DNA of 61,494 nucleotides, filler included, from Platydemus manokwari (GCA_037951405.1; 5 parts of 5 records of this genome joined end to end with filler, not necessarily neighbours in it); one strand, 5' to 3'; shown: positions 14,556 to 27,867, numbered from the whole stretch's first letter. Notes: generated by a model not told the origin, from the letters alone. Made by a program: numbers and translations.

Positions 14556-15017
14556 TTATTCTAGCAAAGCATCAATAGAAAATTCCAGGTGTTTCTTACT
14601 CTCATTTGAGGAAATCGATTTATCATCTATGAATGTTGATTTTTGTGAATTGTTTTCATTTTCCTTATTCGGTTGCCCATTTCTAGGTTGTTTGAATGAT
14701 TTGTATCTCGTACGGCGTCTTAGAAAACTTCCATTTTCAAACATAGTAATTGCAGCCGGATCTAAATTCCAGTAATTTCCTTTGCCAGTGCTTCCGGGTT
14801 CTCTGGCTTGCTTAATGAAACAATCGTTCAGCGATAGATTGTGTCGGATTGAATTCTGCCACGATGGAAATCTTTCCCGATAATAAGGAAAATTTGAGAT
14901 GATAAACGAGCAAATCTCATTGAGTGTCAATCGCTTTTCTTTTGAGTGCAGAATTGACATCGTAATGAGAGCGATGTACGAGTAAGGAGGTTTGCTGTGC
15001 TTGAATTCGGACTTCAT
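14556..15017 (-). CDS. foxD: FoxD-class forkhead transcription factor, intronless, 153 aa from first in-frame ATG
   Basis: [15 protein letters not shown]...[45 protein letters not shown]...[11 protein letters not shown] shows FoxD-diagnostic residues (YYRExFPxWQNS, REPG); C-terminal FSIDALL is an eh1/Groucho-binding motif. The ORF track starts at a GTG (15086); the first ATG is 15017. Confidence 0.9.
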   Translation of the reverse strand: MKSEFKHSKPPYSYIALITMSILHSKEKRLTLNEICSFIISNFPYYRERFPSWQNSIRHNLSLNDCFIKQAREPGSTGKGNYWNLDPAAITMFENGSFLRRRTRYKSFKQPRNGQPNKENENNSQKSTFIDDKSISSNESKKHLEFSIDALLE

Positions 15018-17879
15018 CAAACAAGTGGAAATGTGCCATCGAATTTGCGGAATTACAGGAATGTTTGTGTGTGTGTGCAATTCCACGCACCAATGAATTC
15101 TTTTCCAAATATCATTTACTACCGCTAATAGGTATCAGGTATCTTTGATATTGAAAATGTGTGATTTTAATTTTATTAATGTTGGATCGGGATTATTTTT
15201 CAATTTGATCGCATTAATTAATTATAAAATTAATTAAGAATTAATTATAGATAATTAATTTTTGTTGTCTAGAGATTTATGCATTTTATGACACAGCTGA
15301 CGAGTCTAGAAATTTATCTCACCTATCTTGGATAATTTCATTGGAATTTGCAGATCAATAAATAGTCCGCTGTGAATAAAAGTAATTTTTTTTACTTTTA
15401 ACTGGTGCTGGAAATAATTAAAGTTATTAAAGCATCGAATGATATTTTCAACATGAATTCTCAAGGACTTAAATATTGCACTTTTAGACATTTTGAACCT
15501 TTTGCGTTGATTTGTTTCGATCAACAAAGTTTGTGCTTGCTTTCAGGAGCTTATTAACACATGGTTAGGATTATTCTTTTGTAAACCTCTTTAGGATTTT
15601 ATCTAAATAATTTTTTCCAATTTATAAGAGATCATAAATGATGGGCACTTGCGATTCTTTCCAACTTGATGTGCTTGATGCTTGGTGAATGAACTTCAGG
15701 CAATATCATTTATAGTAGATATTAATAAATGGTTAGTAAATTGTTAGCATAAATTAATATCAGTTATTAATATATTTTCTAAATTCCTGGTTTTGTAAAT
15801 TGAAATAATAGTGATGCTTATCAGAGCTATGAAGTAGGACGAGTTGATTAAAATGGTCCAATCGATTGCACGACAATGATACTTACAGTATTTCTTACTT
15901 TTATAAATCATTTAGCCATCAAACATGGTTGTTGAGAGAAAAATCAATTAGCTTTTAGTCGCAATGTTGGTTATAAACAATTCCTACACTTACCTTTTTT
16001 AGTCGGTCTTCAAATCAAAACAAAATTAACCACTAATTAAAATTTTAATTTCAGTTCAAAACTAATTACAAGGATTTTAAAATCAAATAATATTTAAATC
16101 ATTATTTAAAATTTAAAATATATTGGTATAAAAATATATGAATGATCGATTTAATTTGTATGAATATTTTGTTAAAATATACTTTTTTGGTTCGAAAATT
16201 TTAGATTATTTTATGTAAATCGTCGGAATTTTTAGTCAAATCAATAAATTTATATTTATAATGATCCTAATATCTGAGACCATGTTGGTTTATTTGATTT
16301 GCTCAAGTCACTATCGTATTTAAGAGCTTATTGCGTGTGATCTTACTCAAAAAATTACTGTGAATTTCTTCAACATTTTGTTTGGAGAAGAATCCACCCA
16401 GACTACTCACAAAGCCTTGAAACACCTCCTCCACAAATCTCGAAACTATAAACTTAAATTAAATTATTAAAAGCAACATTGTCCATTAGATCATCAAACT
16501 CATTCCAAAACATTGACTCATAATATCTAAACTGGTCCATTAATCTCCAAATTCAAACTCCGTGGAATCATCATCTTATGTGGATTAATTCTGACCAACT
16601 ATCAATGTGAGCTTTAGACTAAATTCAGTGATTTTGGTGCGAATGTTTTTTGACACAGAAATAATTCTTAAATCCATTATTCTAAAATACAAGGTTCATG
16701 GTTTCTGAATGTATGAAACAATTTATATTTTAAGCGCTGATTTGTGTTACTTTTTCAAAAGATATTCTATAGTTATTTTTAGAAATTAAGTATGATGGCA
16801 GAGCCACCTTGCTCTATAATCTTGGTACTCATACTTTGACATTAATGTAAGATTCACGATGACATCGTACTGGATGATGAATTCATATCAAAGTAGATTT
16901 GAGAAAGAAAATACTGTCCTGTATGAACTAGCATAATTAAAAATAAAGAAATTTTGATTAAAAAATTTATGCATTAAAGTTATAACTCGTATTTAATTAC
17001 AAAATAAACATTTAACAGAATGGTGCTTATACGTAATGCAGGATGTGATCATCGATTTTGTGATTCGTCGATGAAAAGATTTTGGAGAGTAAATAAATTA
17101 TTAATTGATTTATTAATTATTTGCTGTAAAAGTACTGTAAAAAAAATTAGAATAAAAGACAAAGATGCTGATATGCAGGAATTCTCTCAATAGAACTATA
17201 TCTCCAGGAAACAGTGTAGCTCATTTTTGATAGAATGAATAAGATTGTATTTAGAACCAAATGAAATAGTCAACCAGGGCTAGACAGATAAAATACCTAC
17301 TTATATGAGTAGAAACGTTTCTAGTTTGACGTTTCTTCAGTAAATCCTTGCAATACTAATCGCAGTCGTTTTAACTGGATTGGTGCAGTTTTGAAGAGGT
17401 TTATGTGCGTTTTTACTTATAATTCGCTCAGTTGTTATTTTCATATTATAATTCCTTATTTTCTGGTATTAAAATCCAGTTCCTTAATCAACATGTGTAT
17501 GAGGTTTAAGATTTAAATCGAATTATATTGAATTTAATTTATTAAATTAAATTATATTATATTAAATTAAATTATATTATTAATTATAAGTACATTAAAT
17601 TCAATAATTTAAAACAAAGAATAATTTTAATTAATTATATTAAAAATTATTTATTATTTATATTGCTCAGACCGTTACTGTGTAACCTCTCAAAAAGGTT
17701 TTAAAAAGTATTCATAAAATTTAAATGTGTTTAAAAAATGTTTTATAATAATCGGAATTTTTAAAAGAAGGAATATTTGTTTGAATAATGTGTAATATGA
17801 AAATATTTTTTTTGACCTTTAATAGTAATGAGTTTTCAATATAACCTAAAAAGCGACGAAGTGTTAGCCACTAACAGGC

Positions 17880-20520
17880 ATAAATGTCAGAACCATCAGA
17901 AGGAAACGTAAACAAAACATTTCAGAAGATTCTATTAACCAATTAACAGGGATGAGACCGTCAACTGCTGAAAATCAAGATGACTATATCCTCTTTACAG
18001 AAAGACACATGAAGGTCTTGTGTAAAAAAGATTTTCAATGTCGAAAATTTCTAGTACTCAATTCTTCTATTGGTAGAGCCCTCGGAATCCATCACTTTGA
18101 AGATATTTTGGAATTCCTGTCATTCCAGTATTTTAAAAACAGGGAAATTATCTTTTGTCCACTTCTGATGATGATGCTGGATTCTAGTAACAGAAAAATC
18201 AATTCAATTACTGGACCCTAGAGGTGATGACACAGATGATGAAAAAACAAAATTACTCAATAATTTAAATAGAAGTATTTCCATAATGATATTGAACAAA
18301 GAAGGTCTGAAAGAAATTGAGCCTACAAAACCCAGACTGATTCGGTGCAATTTTTTAGAAAGCGGGCTTCTTCCACGTTCCATCTGCTGCCTTTGAATTA
18401 GCCACGCAATACACAAAAGTTGACTGTCAACCTATTCAAAAAGACTTCTAAAAACATTTCGCAGAAATACCTAAACAAAAAGCAGAAGAACACATGAAAA
18501 ATATCGATAATGTTCACATCAGATTCTTAGACATCAAAGAAGCCTTTCCTTCATTAGATCTTGAAGCGATGTTCATAATCCTTGAGCATATGGGCTTGAC
18601 TGAAACTGCCATCAGAATCATAAGAGGTCTCTACACAGACTGCCAAACTATTCTTAAATGCGGAGATTATGAAACGAAATCAATTAAAATTAAGAGGGGG
18701 GTCCAATAGGGCTCCTCAATCTCCTTGCTTTTATTCAACATAGCCATCAACCCAATCAGTCTTATAGGAGGACTGATAATTGCAAATCATCGAATTTCAT
18801 GCTTCGCTAATGCGGGTGACAGCAATTATTGCGAAAAACCAAAATGGACTCCAAATGATGATCAAACTTGGTTTCAAGTTCAAACCCTCGAAATGTGGGC
18901 AATTACACAATCAAAGGGCAGGTATTAACGCCGAGGAACTCCTGATCTACAATGAGAAAATTCCTACAATCAGTCTAGAATAGCTCTATCTCTAACTAGG
19001 AGTGAACATAATTCAACAGAAGGACTGTTCATTGACATGGAAACTCTGATGAATAAACTGGAAAAATGGATTTTACTACCATGGCAGAAGTTAAAGTTGT
19101 TCGTTCACACCAAAGCGACTTCCTACATGAGAAATTACTATATAACTTATAGTAGATTACTGCAGTTTGAAGTGATGATAAGAAAATATCTGAAAAAATC
19201 CTAGGCGTACCGAAATTTTGCACATCGAATTACCTCTACTCAACAAAATCAAACGGTAGCTGTGGACTACGAAGCATGCAGGAGGAGTATACAATACAAT
19301 CGATCACCCACGCGTGTCATCTATTAACGAGCAAACATGAAATGATAAGGATGACGGCCATACATTCCTTATGCAAAAGTGCTGGATTGAATAACCAAGC
19401 AGCGACAATCGAAAAAGCATTAGATTGGGTTAATTTGCATGTTCCATTAAATGAAAGGAGCTAAACATGGTGGGGTAAAATGAGAGAGGGTATTAAATAT
19501 GCTGCAAACAAAACATATACCACGGTTTCTTTTATTAGTATCAACGGTGAGATAATGCTTAGAGTTAAACAAAACCTTACAATCAATGGTTCCCATTACG
19601 AAAGGAATGCCATAGTGGAACCAAAGAAAATCAAAGAAACGTCAAAACTGCTGAGACAATGTTTTGTATGATCTCACCAATTAAACTGGACTAATTAAAT
19701 TAGAAATGGGCGCTATTCCAGCTACTTAGAAGCTATTAGTCCAATGTGGTCAAAAGTAGTTTTTAGTGGGCACCTCACAACTGCTGAATTCAGATTTATT
19801 CATAACGCAAAGCCGGAAAACTTTTCCACTCTGAATGAAAAGTACATGAGAGGAATGGCATGCAAAAAATGTATATATGATGTAGAATCGCAAACACACG
19901 TCTTCACCTGCTCCAAATCATCCAACTCTTTTGTACTTTATAAACAAGACAGAATCACGGATATACTTGCCAAGGGAATTATTAACAATACGGATTACAG
20001 AGTCTTTGTAGAGAAAGAATGTCATTTCACGGAATCAAAATTAATGGTAGATCTTCAACTAATAAATGATCGAAAATTCACGATCGTCTTAGTCAATGTA
20101 AAAGGCCCCTTGGATAAACCTGCTTTAATGGCCGAAACATCTCAAAAGAATATAGAAAAATACACAGACCTCCGAAATTCGATAAAAAAGCGGCCTGACT
20201 AGATTGTGGAACCATTCACTTTTGTTGTAGGAGTTCTTGAAAATTTGCAAACACAGACTAACAATACAGTCCTAAAGAAATTAGGAATGAATAAGAAAAT
20301 GATAAATAATATAGCTCTAGCCTGAAAAATAAAGGAAGAAGATTTCCAAGATAACATCGATTGGATGACTTAGACATAATGGAATGAAATGGTGCATTTA
20401 ATGTATGATTGAACTAGCGAACTAAGATACATGGATCGATCGAAAGTAAAAACCATGTACATCCCATATTTAATGTATGGGTATCTCGAATATCAATGTT
20501 TATGAATACATATTAGCGGT
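17880..20520 (+). mobile_element. Decayed non-LTR retrotransposon with RT and restriction-like endonuclease (NeSL/Utopia/R2 group), 5'-truncated
   Basis: RT motifs FLDIKEAFPSL, IKIKRGVQ*GSSISLLLFNIAINP, CFANAGD; CCHC knuckle CKKCIYDVESQTHVFTC; RHD-like KQDRI; PD-(D/E)xK-like MVDL...VNVK; KxxKY-like NIEKYTDL; FVVG; multiple frameshifts and stops. Confidence 0.85.
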
Positions 20521-21946
20521 ATATCTGAAAATGTAAAAAATTCGTGTATAAAATTTTATGGAACAAAAAATGAGCAAAACTTATATTTTTAATGATGGAT
20601 AAAATTATTGTATTCTTGAAGATAATGGATCTAATAATAATAATAACTTGTAAAAATGGACGAAATAAACTTTAACAATCATTTTTTTGGAGAGAAATAA
20701 TAATAATATTTATAAATAATAATGAAGTTTATAAATATAAAAAAGCACTAGCTACGGAATGGAAAAATCTGATAATTCGCTCACATAAAAGGTTTCTAAG
20801 CGGAAGCTCTAAAGAGAACTAAGAATTATTAGTGCTGTTTAAATAAAGTATTATTAAAGAAGTGTAAATCCTACAAGTACGATTTTGACATAATAAGAGT
20901 ACAATTAGAAAATAATAAAGGTCTGTTATATATCAATTTTCATCAATAAAGAAAGGTTCGGTATCAGAACCTTTCCTAATTGATTAAAATTTTCTAAACG
21001 TGCCTAAATAATAATATATAATATATAATATTGCAAGTGATTGTAGTAGTTTGTCTGTGTGTGATTTTGATTTAAATGATTAATTTTACCATTTATAAAC
21101 AGCATTGTTAAATGGTGTAATATTTGTTTCAACTATTGAAAAATTTCATATTTGATCTTAATCTTTTGTATTTATATAACAAGTTAAGTTTTGACAGCCT
21201 GTAAGATTGACATCAGGCTTCAAAAACAGTGTGAATTCACGGGATTGATTCACATAAGAACATAGCTTTAACTGTACAATACGATAAAATAAATATATTT
21301 CCATAACAATTATTTTCGACAAATAATCAAATAATATTACAACAATACATGGTAATAGGTATGAAACGTGTATTAATTTTTCTTGTATCAATTTATATTT
21401 AATCAATATGTATTTTTTATATTTTTTTTATATTTAAACAACTCTTGGAATATTTGAGCAAAAATCAGCTTTAAATATTGGTATTTGTAATAATTTTCAT
21501 TTATATATGTAAAATATTAATATCAATAAAACCGCCAAGAGCAAATCCATCGAAATCCAGTAAAATAATAAATTAATCTATAAAATATTAATACGCAATA
21601 AAATATCGCCCAATAACAGCGACAAATCGTATGTAAATTATGTTACAGAATAAAATAATCATTCGATTAAATTTATACGCTACATCAATTGGAGAGGATA
21701 CATCATTTTGAATCTCAATTCGACGAACAGTAAAAGATTATCTAGTGCAGAAGAACAATATTCCCTATATACCATGTATTTTATTAGAAGATCCATAGTA
21801 AGATCCATTCATGTAAAATACTGATTCATATTATATATTGTATCGTTTTATTTCCTATTATCGAAATTGTTGTTCAAGGATCTTGAAAGGTAATTGGTTT
21901 TGCTTAAAGAGTGTGGAGTTTAACAACCGTTTCTTTATCCGGGAAT

Positions 21947-22385
21947 TGTTAAGGTCCGTTATAAATATAAGTTGATATATATAGTGTAGTTTTAAAATTC
22001 ATTTGTAATTTTTATGTTATTTTCGCTAATCGGTTTTTTGTATTGTTGTTAATTGTTAATAAATATTTTTTAATAGCAAGTTTTAGTTCTTAATCATATA
22101 GGGATCATAAAGTCATTATTCGTAATCATTGTTATAAACATAGTTAATAGTTTAAGTAGGTTTAAACAATTTTGAGACTGATAATTAAGTAAGTTAAAAT
22201 ATATCACTATTGCCACTTTATTGTCTTCACACAATGAGGCTGTGTGAGGTGAAGGAACATTAATATAAGGCTGATTACACCTGTAGCTTTAATCAAGAGC
22301 TCATAGAGACTGATTAAGACAGTAGTGGTATCAAATATAGTTAAGCTTAATAAAACAATAAAATCAGTAAGGTCCGAACGTAACA
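21947..22385 (+). mobile_element. Possible LTR
   Basis: TGTTA...TAACA termini, TAAGGTCCG repeated near both ends, TATA-like and AATAAA signals; no TSD found. Confidence 0.35.
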
Positions 22386-23335
22386 GTTATACCGGTAAGA
22401 GCCCCGATTTATTATAAGTTTATCAGTGGTTAGGTATAATCACACTGTAACCACTACTGTTGGTAACCACTAATATTTTAGTCGAATGAGTTTCAAGCTA
22501 GAATTCTTATGGCGAAGAAAAATTATCAAATTGATTTTAAAAATAATTAAAAATAACTTATAAATTGGATCTTAAGCTTGGGAATAACTCAAAACGAATT
22601 TCTCGATAAACAAGTTTAAGGTAATTACAATGTTTCCCTAAGCTGGATCACGATGTTAAGCCATAAGAATAGTTCGACAATCAATATGTAAAATATAATG
22701 CTATGGAGTTAGTTTTCTTCATAATTAAATCGATTGGATTTTCGCGTGGGTCGCGAATATTGTAATTGATACGGCGAATAAGGTTCAAAAAACTTGATAG
22801 TTAACGGTAAATATTTATAATTCGTGAAAGGGTGGTTTCATTTCATTGCCATTTATTATATACTATTTTCTTATTCGTTATTTTCTTTGTTTAACATTTT
22901 TAGAATTTATGAATACTATTTGTACCAATTTATTTTTATTGTTTTTATATTCTTTAAGATGTTTGTGTTATGGAACTCCATAATTTATGTGATACTTGAT
23001 TTTTAACTATTAGATAATTATTCTTTCATGCATCCTGATAATATAAATCTCAATCAGTGAGTTGTAACAGTATAAAATGTGCTGAATCTATTATGACAAT
23101 TTATCTGATGTGATTTTATAATAAAGAGTTATAATTATGGTAAAGGTTCTTAAATAATTATATATAAGTAAGATATAATATTATTTTATAAAAGTAGAAT
23201 AATTAAAATAATACCAGATTTATAGTGTATATATATAGTATAAATAAAAGTATTATTGTGTAAATTTAAATATAAATTCCTTTTTTAAATTATATTAAAT
23301 TATTTATAAAATTGAATTAAATTTATTTTAATGGT

Positions 23336-24150
23336 TTATAATAAACGCAAATTGATTAAAACAAATGTAAGACTATAAAATGACAATAAAATTTCATCAA
23401 AAATTATTCCACCTACTGTGATTTTTAAATGTCCTCTATGACCAAAAATTAGTTGTGCTTTGATTTTTATTCTCTCAGCTTCTTCTAACATTTGACATCT
23501 TCTAAATATGGATTTGCATATTTTCTTCATTGACTCATATAGAGCAAGTTCCACTTGTACCAACTTCTTTTCAGCATGTTTGTCTTGCACTAAAATTCCC
23601 ATTTCATATTTGCAATCTTCACCTTTCCCTGTATTCTTTGATTTATCCTCATTATTTTCCCATCCATCATGTATTCCCTTACTCTCAAGTATTTTAGCCA
23701 TTAACTTTTCAACCCATTTGTCCTTGCTAAGATAAAGTGTTTCTCCAGTGTTTTCCCATTCAGAGTAAATATTTATTATTGCATTAAATCCCGACGGCAT
23801 TGGTAATTTCTTACATGTTCCCATTATTATTATGTGATCAGTAGTTTTTAGATAAGTGAGTGTGTATCCTGCTCTCTCTCCCATTCTCTGGATTCTTTTA
23901 ATTATTTGTCTCAATGTTGTAGCATCATTTTTTCCATACCATGGCAGGTCGATTCATATTTGCTGTATCTCTGTTAGCATCTTTCTTAATCGTTTTATTG
24001 TGCATCCCCTTTGATAAATTCTTCAGAATGTTTCACTATTCTCCACTTGTTGATCAAATGTCCCTTATTCTCTGATCTCCGTGTCTTCCGGAGTTCCATC
24101 TATTAATTCTCGAAAAATTCTTGACAATGTCCGTATATTAATATGATCTC
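23336..24150 (-). mobile_element. Decayed non-LTR retrotransposon (CR1/L2/Rex1-like) post-RT C-terminal region
   Basis: Broken frames read HLINKWRIVKHSEEFIK...KRLRKM...LPWYGKNDATTLRQIIKRIQR, resembling the RT-thumb and WYG-x-LQRV region of L2/Rex1 LINEs; the open 192-aa tail has no ATG start. Confidence 0.45.
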
Positions 24151-24476
24151 TGTTAAAACCCCTTTAATTAAATGATTTATTTAAGAAAACGAAACTAAGT
24201 AACATAAAAGAAAACAAAAACAACCTTGGCAAATTGTGTAGTACACCGAGCAAGCAGATAACTACTTGATACTCAAACTACCGAGTACCGCAAGGAGATT
24301 ATCGGGGAGACGACTCAAGATAACTCTTTAATAAATGATGAAGTGAATTAATTAATAATTATGTAATGAATCAGTGATGATAAAATAATCTTACGAATAC
24401 TGTCAGAATAACGAATAGCTGGATACCGCGGTAGCTCGTGCAATATAATATTTTCTCCTGTCTCGAAGTGATTACA
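24151..24476 (-). mobile_element. Probable LTR, related to family C
   Basis: Minus strand reads TGTAA...TAACA with AATAAA near its 3' end; GGAGATTATCGG...ACTCAAGATAACT resembles GGAGAATAATCGG...ACTCAAGTTAACT at about 9780-9810. Confidence 0.45.
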
Positions 24477-24904
24477 GTCATTGTGATGGGTGAAAGCTAT
24501 GTTTTTCGTTTGCTTTATATTGTGCTTGCTATGGTGCCCTTTCTATAACTGGCGCCATTTTTATTCTTTGGTATTATTTTTTATTTCTTATATTTGTACA
24601 GCGCAATGGCTGTTACTAAATTTATTCTCTATTGTTAATGCTTCTAGATTTTCTCTTTTATATCTGATAAAAATCGAATGTAATGGATTTTTGTTGTTAT
24701 TATTTTTATTTCTTTTTCTTTTTGGTCAGATAAAATGTAACTTATTTTATAAATTGTACTTATTATTATTGCAGTTATTATTATTATCATTATTATTTAT
24801 ATTATTTACATTATTATTATTATTATTAATGTTATTATTATATTTCTCATTATTGTTTTTAATCTTACCATGTTAATGTTATATATTCTATTGTCTATAT
24901 TAGT

Positions 24905-25004
24905 NNNNNNNNNNNNNNNNNNNNNNNNNNNNNNNNNNNNNNNNNNNNTTAATTAATTAANNNNNNNNNNNNNNNNNNNNNNNNNNNNNNNNNNNNNNNN
25001 NNNN
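24905..25004. other. Assembly spacer
   Basis: N44-TTAATTAATTAA-N44. Confidence 0.97.
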
Positions 25005-26132
25005 TAGTTACTAGAATAAGAACTGATATTAACAATTCTGTTTTGCTTCAATCGATATCCTAAACGTTTTTACTTTTACTTATATGATTTGTACCATCAA
25101 ATAAAGTCCACAAGTAAACTAACTTTCGAAAAATGTTGAAAAATTTAATAAAAATGAAACTATATAATTCAAATTATTTATTGAGTTCAGTGATTTGTTT
25201 AGATCACTTTCGTTTATTATATCCAATTCAAAACCGAAGTGTGACATCTCTAGAGCAAATAATTACAAGACAGGGACACAATTAAAGTTTAATGTATTGC
25301 TCAATAAACACTTGTATTCGGATCAATCACTTCGTCGACTGATTTCTACCTTTTTTAAATAATTTCAAAAATCAATTTAATCTCGTTTGGAGAAAACCAA
25401 GATAAAAAATATTGGACCAAAATCATTTTTATTTAGTTAAAATCAGATAAGATTCTCCTAATTTGTGGAGGTCTCATGCCGAAATTTTTAATCTCCTTTC
25501 CTATTGTTTTTTAGACTATTCTCTGGAGCCGGTCGATTGGTGCATTGGCCTAATATTTGTTACTCTGTACAGTTATGCTTGCGAAGATGTTATCTCTAGA
25601 TGATCTAAAAACTTGAAGAATACAGAAGCCAACCAATTTGCTGCCAGATGAGCGGCGAATTAACTTTGTCTTGTAATAAATATTATGCACTTGAATTTTA
25701 TTATATGTCATTTAACTGCTTTCCAAGGATTGATTATCGATATAGTAGTGTTAAGCTTTCAAAGTGCTTCGTCCATATCACCGATATATTTATACATAGA
25801 AGAATGAAGCACAAATGAAATACAATTTCGTCTAAAATTAAAATCTTTTAGAAAATTAAACTTAAATTTTAAAAATATAAATTAGATCAAGCAAACCTTT
25901 CTCATAACTTAACCCGAAAATAATTGTTTAATGCAGTGTAGTGAAAATTATTTCTTAAATAAAAATATTTGACACTTTTTAAAACTTATTTGAAAAATAT
26001 CAATGTTATCATAAATTGAAAATATTTATAGAAATAAAAATGAAACATGGTGTAAAATAAATTTTTATAAATTTACATAACCTTTTCAAGGTCATTATTA
26101 ATTCTTACCTTGTTTGAAATAACTGTAATAAG

Positions 26133-26140
26133 TATATAAA
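26133..26140 (+). promoter_or_regulatory. Candidate TATA box of ubiquitin gene
   Basis: TATATAAA about 45 nt upstream of the ATG; specificity is weak in AT-rich DNA. Confidence 0.45.
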
Positions 26141-26182
26141 CACTTGCATTTTTCGATAAAGTATATAATTCAAGTTATATAG

Positions 26183-26419
<237 letters not shown>

Positions 26420-27867
26420 TACTCCTTGGATTGATTCACAATTATCAATTGTTGAATAAATAACTTTTATTTTACTTTTTTTAGTTTTCATTTAAAAGAT
26501 AATTGCAAATATATAAATAAATTAATAAGAATAGTCTAATGAAAGGTAAAATTTTACTGATAATTCAAATTTAAAGTTAACGAAAATCTAAATTTAATTG
26601 TTACTCGAATATTTAGAAATCTACAGATATAGTTTTGTTGTCCATGTCATTTAAAATATCGAGTTATCTCAATGAAATTAATTTATGTTGATTAGGAAAA
26701 TCAAAGCATTTATTTCATAAATATGATTTTATCAAGTTTAATAACTCTTAATTTAAAGTAATTATTACATAATAATGAAAGATAATTTCAATGATACATT
26801 TTATCAATAAAAATAGCCGATGAATCATTAAATAGAATCTTGAATTAAAAATAAACATTTATAAATTTCCAATATTTTTCAAATGACTTAAGAATATCTG
26901 GTATTTTAGTGTAATCATGAATATTCCAACTGCTATGTGACGTGTATACTCTTGTGCAAATATTTGTAGTTACATAATTAGTCTAAACCGATAAGATAGT
27001 TATGTAAAATATGAACTTGATATTTACATGGTTTGACGTCATCGAACTCGCGATATGATTCTAATATTCGAACACAATATTTCATAATAAGATATAAATG
27101 ATATTCTTCAAATTTGGATTTAATAAAATTAAGTTTTTTAATACTAAATTATTGATCTGAGAAATAAGAAAACAATTATATGCTAACCACATCGGACACA
27201 ATCTTAGGATTATGATTAAACGTTTCTTTTCTAATTCGCTAAATAGTAGGTGAATAATATTTCAATTCAGTGATATTTAATCATTTTGATATTGAAATTT
27301 TAATAAATGAGAGTTTGAATTACACGACGTGTTATTACTATTTTTGAATTATCATCCAAATTAGTTAATTTTAAAATTGAAGTTGTTCAGTTAATATAAA
27401 TACATTATTTATTCAATGAGGGATTAATGTATTTATTTAATAATACACTTCAATCATGTACCACAATATATTTTAATAATATATTTTTATTAAATTTTCA
27501 CGTGATCTAATTTATAATCCATTGAATCTATTATTTTTGTTTCTTACCAAATTAAGGATTATATATTAGTAATAATCAATTTAAAGTTATAAATAACAAA
27601 ATAGCGCAGTTTTCATTGGAATTCAGTATTTAAATATTGAATACATAATCATTATAGATAATTCTGAAGCTGAAGTTCATCAATTATTTAATTTAACAAT
27701 AAATAACAATCAACTTTTAATATAGAATTGCACATACATTTTAAATTTGGTTAATCATATGATGCAATCAATACCAATGACAAAGGCAAAATAAAATTTA
27801 TTAAAACAATGACTATTATTTATGTTCTCCATTCATTCAATAAATTTCAAAAAGCATACAAGCTAAA

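Noticed and set aside
15290-15325. CTGACGAG...GAAA hammerhead-like core
   Set aside because: No complementary stem I or III and no closing G-C pair in stem II.
17300-17350. Hammerhead-like CTGAAGA...GAAAC on the minus strand
   Set aside because: Stem II and stem I cannot be paired convincingly; at best a dead Penelope-type remnant.
22378-22430. Twister- or pistol-like words (TAA...CCGGTAAGAGCCCCG; GTGGTTAGG)
   Set aside because: Required P2/P4 pairings and pseudoknot partners are absent.
24490-24876. 128-aa hydrophobic ORF
   Set aside because: GTG start; poly-Leu arises from a degenerate (TTA)n repeat at a contig end.
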